A stretch of DNA of 64,000 bases from Phoronis australis (lineage: Eukaryota > Animalia > Phoronida), in the NCBI GenBank assembly GCA_002633005.1, contig NMRA01000116.1, forward strand, positions 404,474-468,473. The letters run 5' to 3'. Positions 62,354 through 64,000 of the stretch are shown piece after piece; positions within the stretch are counted from its first letter, which is position 1; the number at the start of each line of letters is the position of its first letter. The notes beneath the pieces were generated by a model. The model searched no databases. It worked only from the letters and a program-made list of their open reading frames with translations, and was not told the DNA's origin. A program made the position numbers and the translations under genes.

Positions 62354-62917
62354 TTTAACGTTCCGTAGTCAATTTTAAATTCGACCGATAATCGTCAAAA
62401 TAGTGCTCATTTTTTAACTACGTCGTTAAGGTGGCTAACCTTTGAACTTAAATGTGTCGAGGCTTTCTCCAGTGCAAAGGCTATTACGAAGCAAGGTAAT
62501 TGGTGTCTGGCATACAAAACCGTCTAGTTAAATGTTGGCGTACCGATCGCATTGTTGTAATGCTAAGAGATGCGTATACATTTTCCCACCGAATCGACCA
62601 GAAACAAAACACACCTATAGGAAAGGTCTGCGAAAAGTAAGCGTTTGGTCGTTTCCATTTCCTGAAAATTTCCCCTTGAAATATGTAGTAATGCTGCGCA
62701 AAACACCGTTCGTACGCCAAAACGAAAACATCAACCGTCTTCTCAAATATTACTAACTGGAGGTAATAAACTCAATTAATTTTGCACGAAAAACCCTGTA
62801 TACGACATGACTACGGTCGCCCTTTCGTGCTTGCTAACAACAATAATGCAACGAAAGACATCCAATTTCCATATTATTTGCTTTTCATCAAACGCGTTAA
62901 GAAGTCTCTGCTCCAAG

Positions 62918-63894
62918 CCTGTAACGGTATTTACCGTCTCCCAGTATCTGAAATTGCACGCCTTATCGATTAACATTTTTCCTGCGATGTTAGACGATGG
63001 TCTTTTAACACAAACAATGCGTCGATTTTTTAATCAGAAACAAAGCAACGTAGATAAATGAGAAGCGGGTAGAACTAAGAATGGTTCTGGAACAGTTCAA
63101 CACTATCCCCGATCATTATGAATCACAATAGTCTATTCCCCATAGCGACAGATTTTGACTGCCACTGAACTAATGAGTTTTATCATTAACAAGTGCATTT
63201 CGGGTTTACGTATATTATGGAATCTTTGACAAGTGCTTCCATCGCGCATCAACCGACATTCCTACTTAAGTCACATGCGACAAATTTATAGAATTACGTA
63301 CTTTATAAACCAAAACCCCCAACATCCTGTGCTTTTCAGAAGTACCAGAGTATCATCGATACATTATTTACAGACAGATAAAGTTCGTGTCCATATTAAT
63401 ACCGANCCTGTAACGGTATTTACCGTCTCCCAGTATCTTAAATTGTACGCCTTATCGATTAGCATTTTTCCTGCGATGTTAGACGATGGTCTTTTAACAC
63501 AAACAATGCGTCGATTTTTTAATCAGAAACAAAGCAACGTAGATAAATGAGAAGCGGGTAGAACTAAGAATGGTTCTGGAACAGTTCAACACTATCCGCG
63601 ATCATTATGAATCACAATAGTCTATTCCCCATAGCGACAGATTTTGACTGCCACTGAACTAATGAGTTTTATCATTAACAAGTGCATTTCGGGTTTACGT
63701 ATATTATGGAATCTTTGACAAGTGCTTCCATCGCGCATCAACCGACATTCCTACTTAAGTCACATGCGACAAATTTATAGAATTACGTACTTTATAAACC
63801 AAAACCCCCAACATCCTGTGCTTTTCAGAAGTACCAGAGTATCATCGATACATTATTTACAGACAGATAAAGTTCGTGTCCATATTAATACCGA
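62918..63894. repeat. 488-bp direct duplication separated by a single N (likely assembly overlap)
   Basis: 62918-63405 is repeated at 63407-63894, with N at 63406; I saw four substitutions by eye. Confidence 0.9.
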
Positions 63895-64000
63895 CGCCAG
63901 ACACTAATCCTCAATTATGTTAAAACAGAGACATCGCGCTTACCCTTCAAGAGTTACATAAAATGCTAACGCCTTTTCTCGAAGCTATTAGTCAATTAAG

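Overview
Eukaryotic, AT-rich, intron-containing DNA, probably from a marine invertebrate; I cannot fix the taxon from sequence alone. Five protein-coding units can be assembled by hand. (1) A 6-exon ARM-repeat/BTB gene, ARMC5-like, on the minus strand (8078-15817). (2) An intronless 267-aa orphan ORF head-to-head with it across 366 bp. (3) A 20-exon, about 1247-aa single-pass receptor guanylyl cyclase of the natriuretic-peptide-receptor type (26717-52076), whose first two introns appear to use GC donors. (4) A 622-aa intronless pseudokinase-like ORF nested on the SAME strand in intron 8 of that cyclase, between its juxtamembrane exon and its kinase-homology domain. (5) An intronless SLC46-like MFS transporter. 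The rest is intron and intergenic DNA with tRNA-derived SINEs, decayed LINE fragments, several MITE families, a 250-bp foldback, microsatellites and a 488-bp duplication across an N that is probably an assembly artefact. The strongest candidate for new biology is the nested pseudokinase. It may be an independent nested gene or an alternative terminal exon that swaps the receptor's cytoplasmic output module. All gene models come from manual translation and splice-phase checks; no database searches were run.
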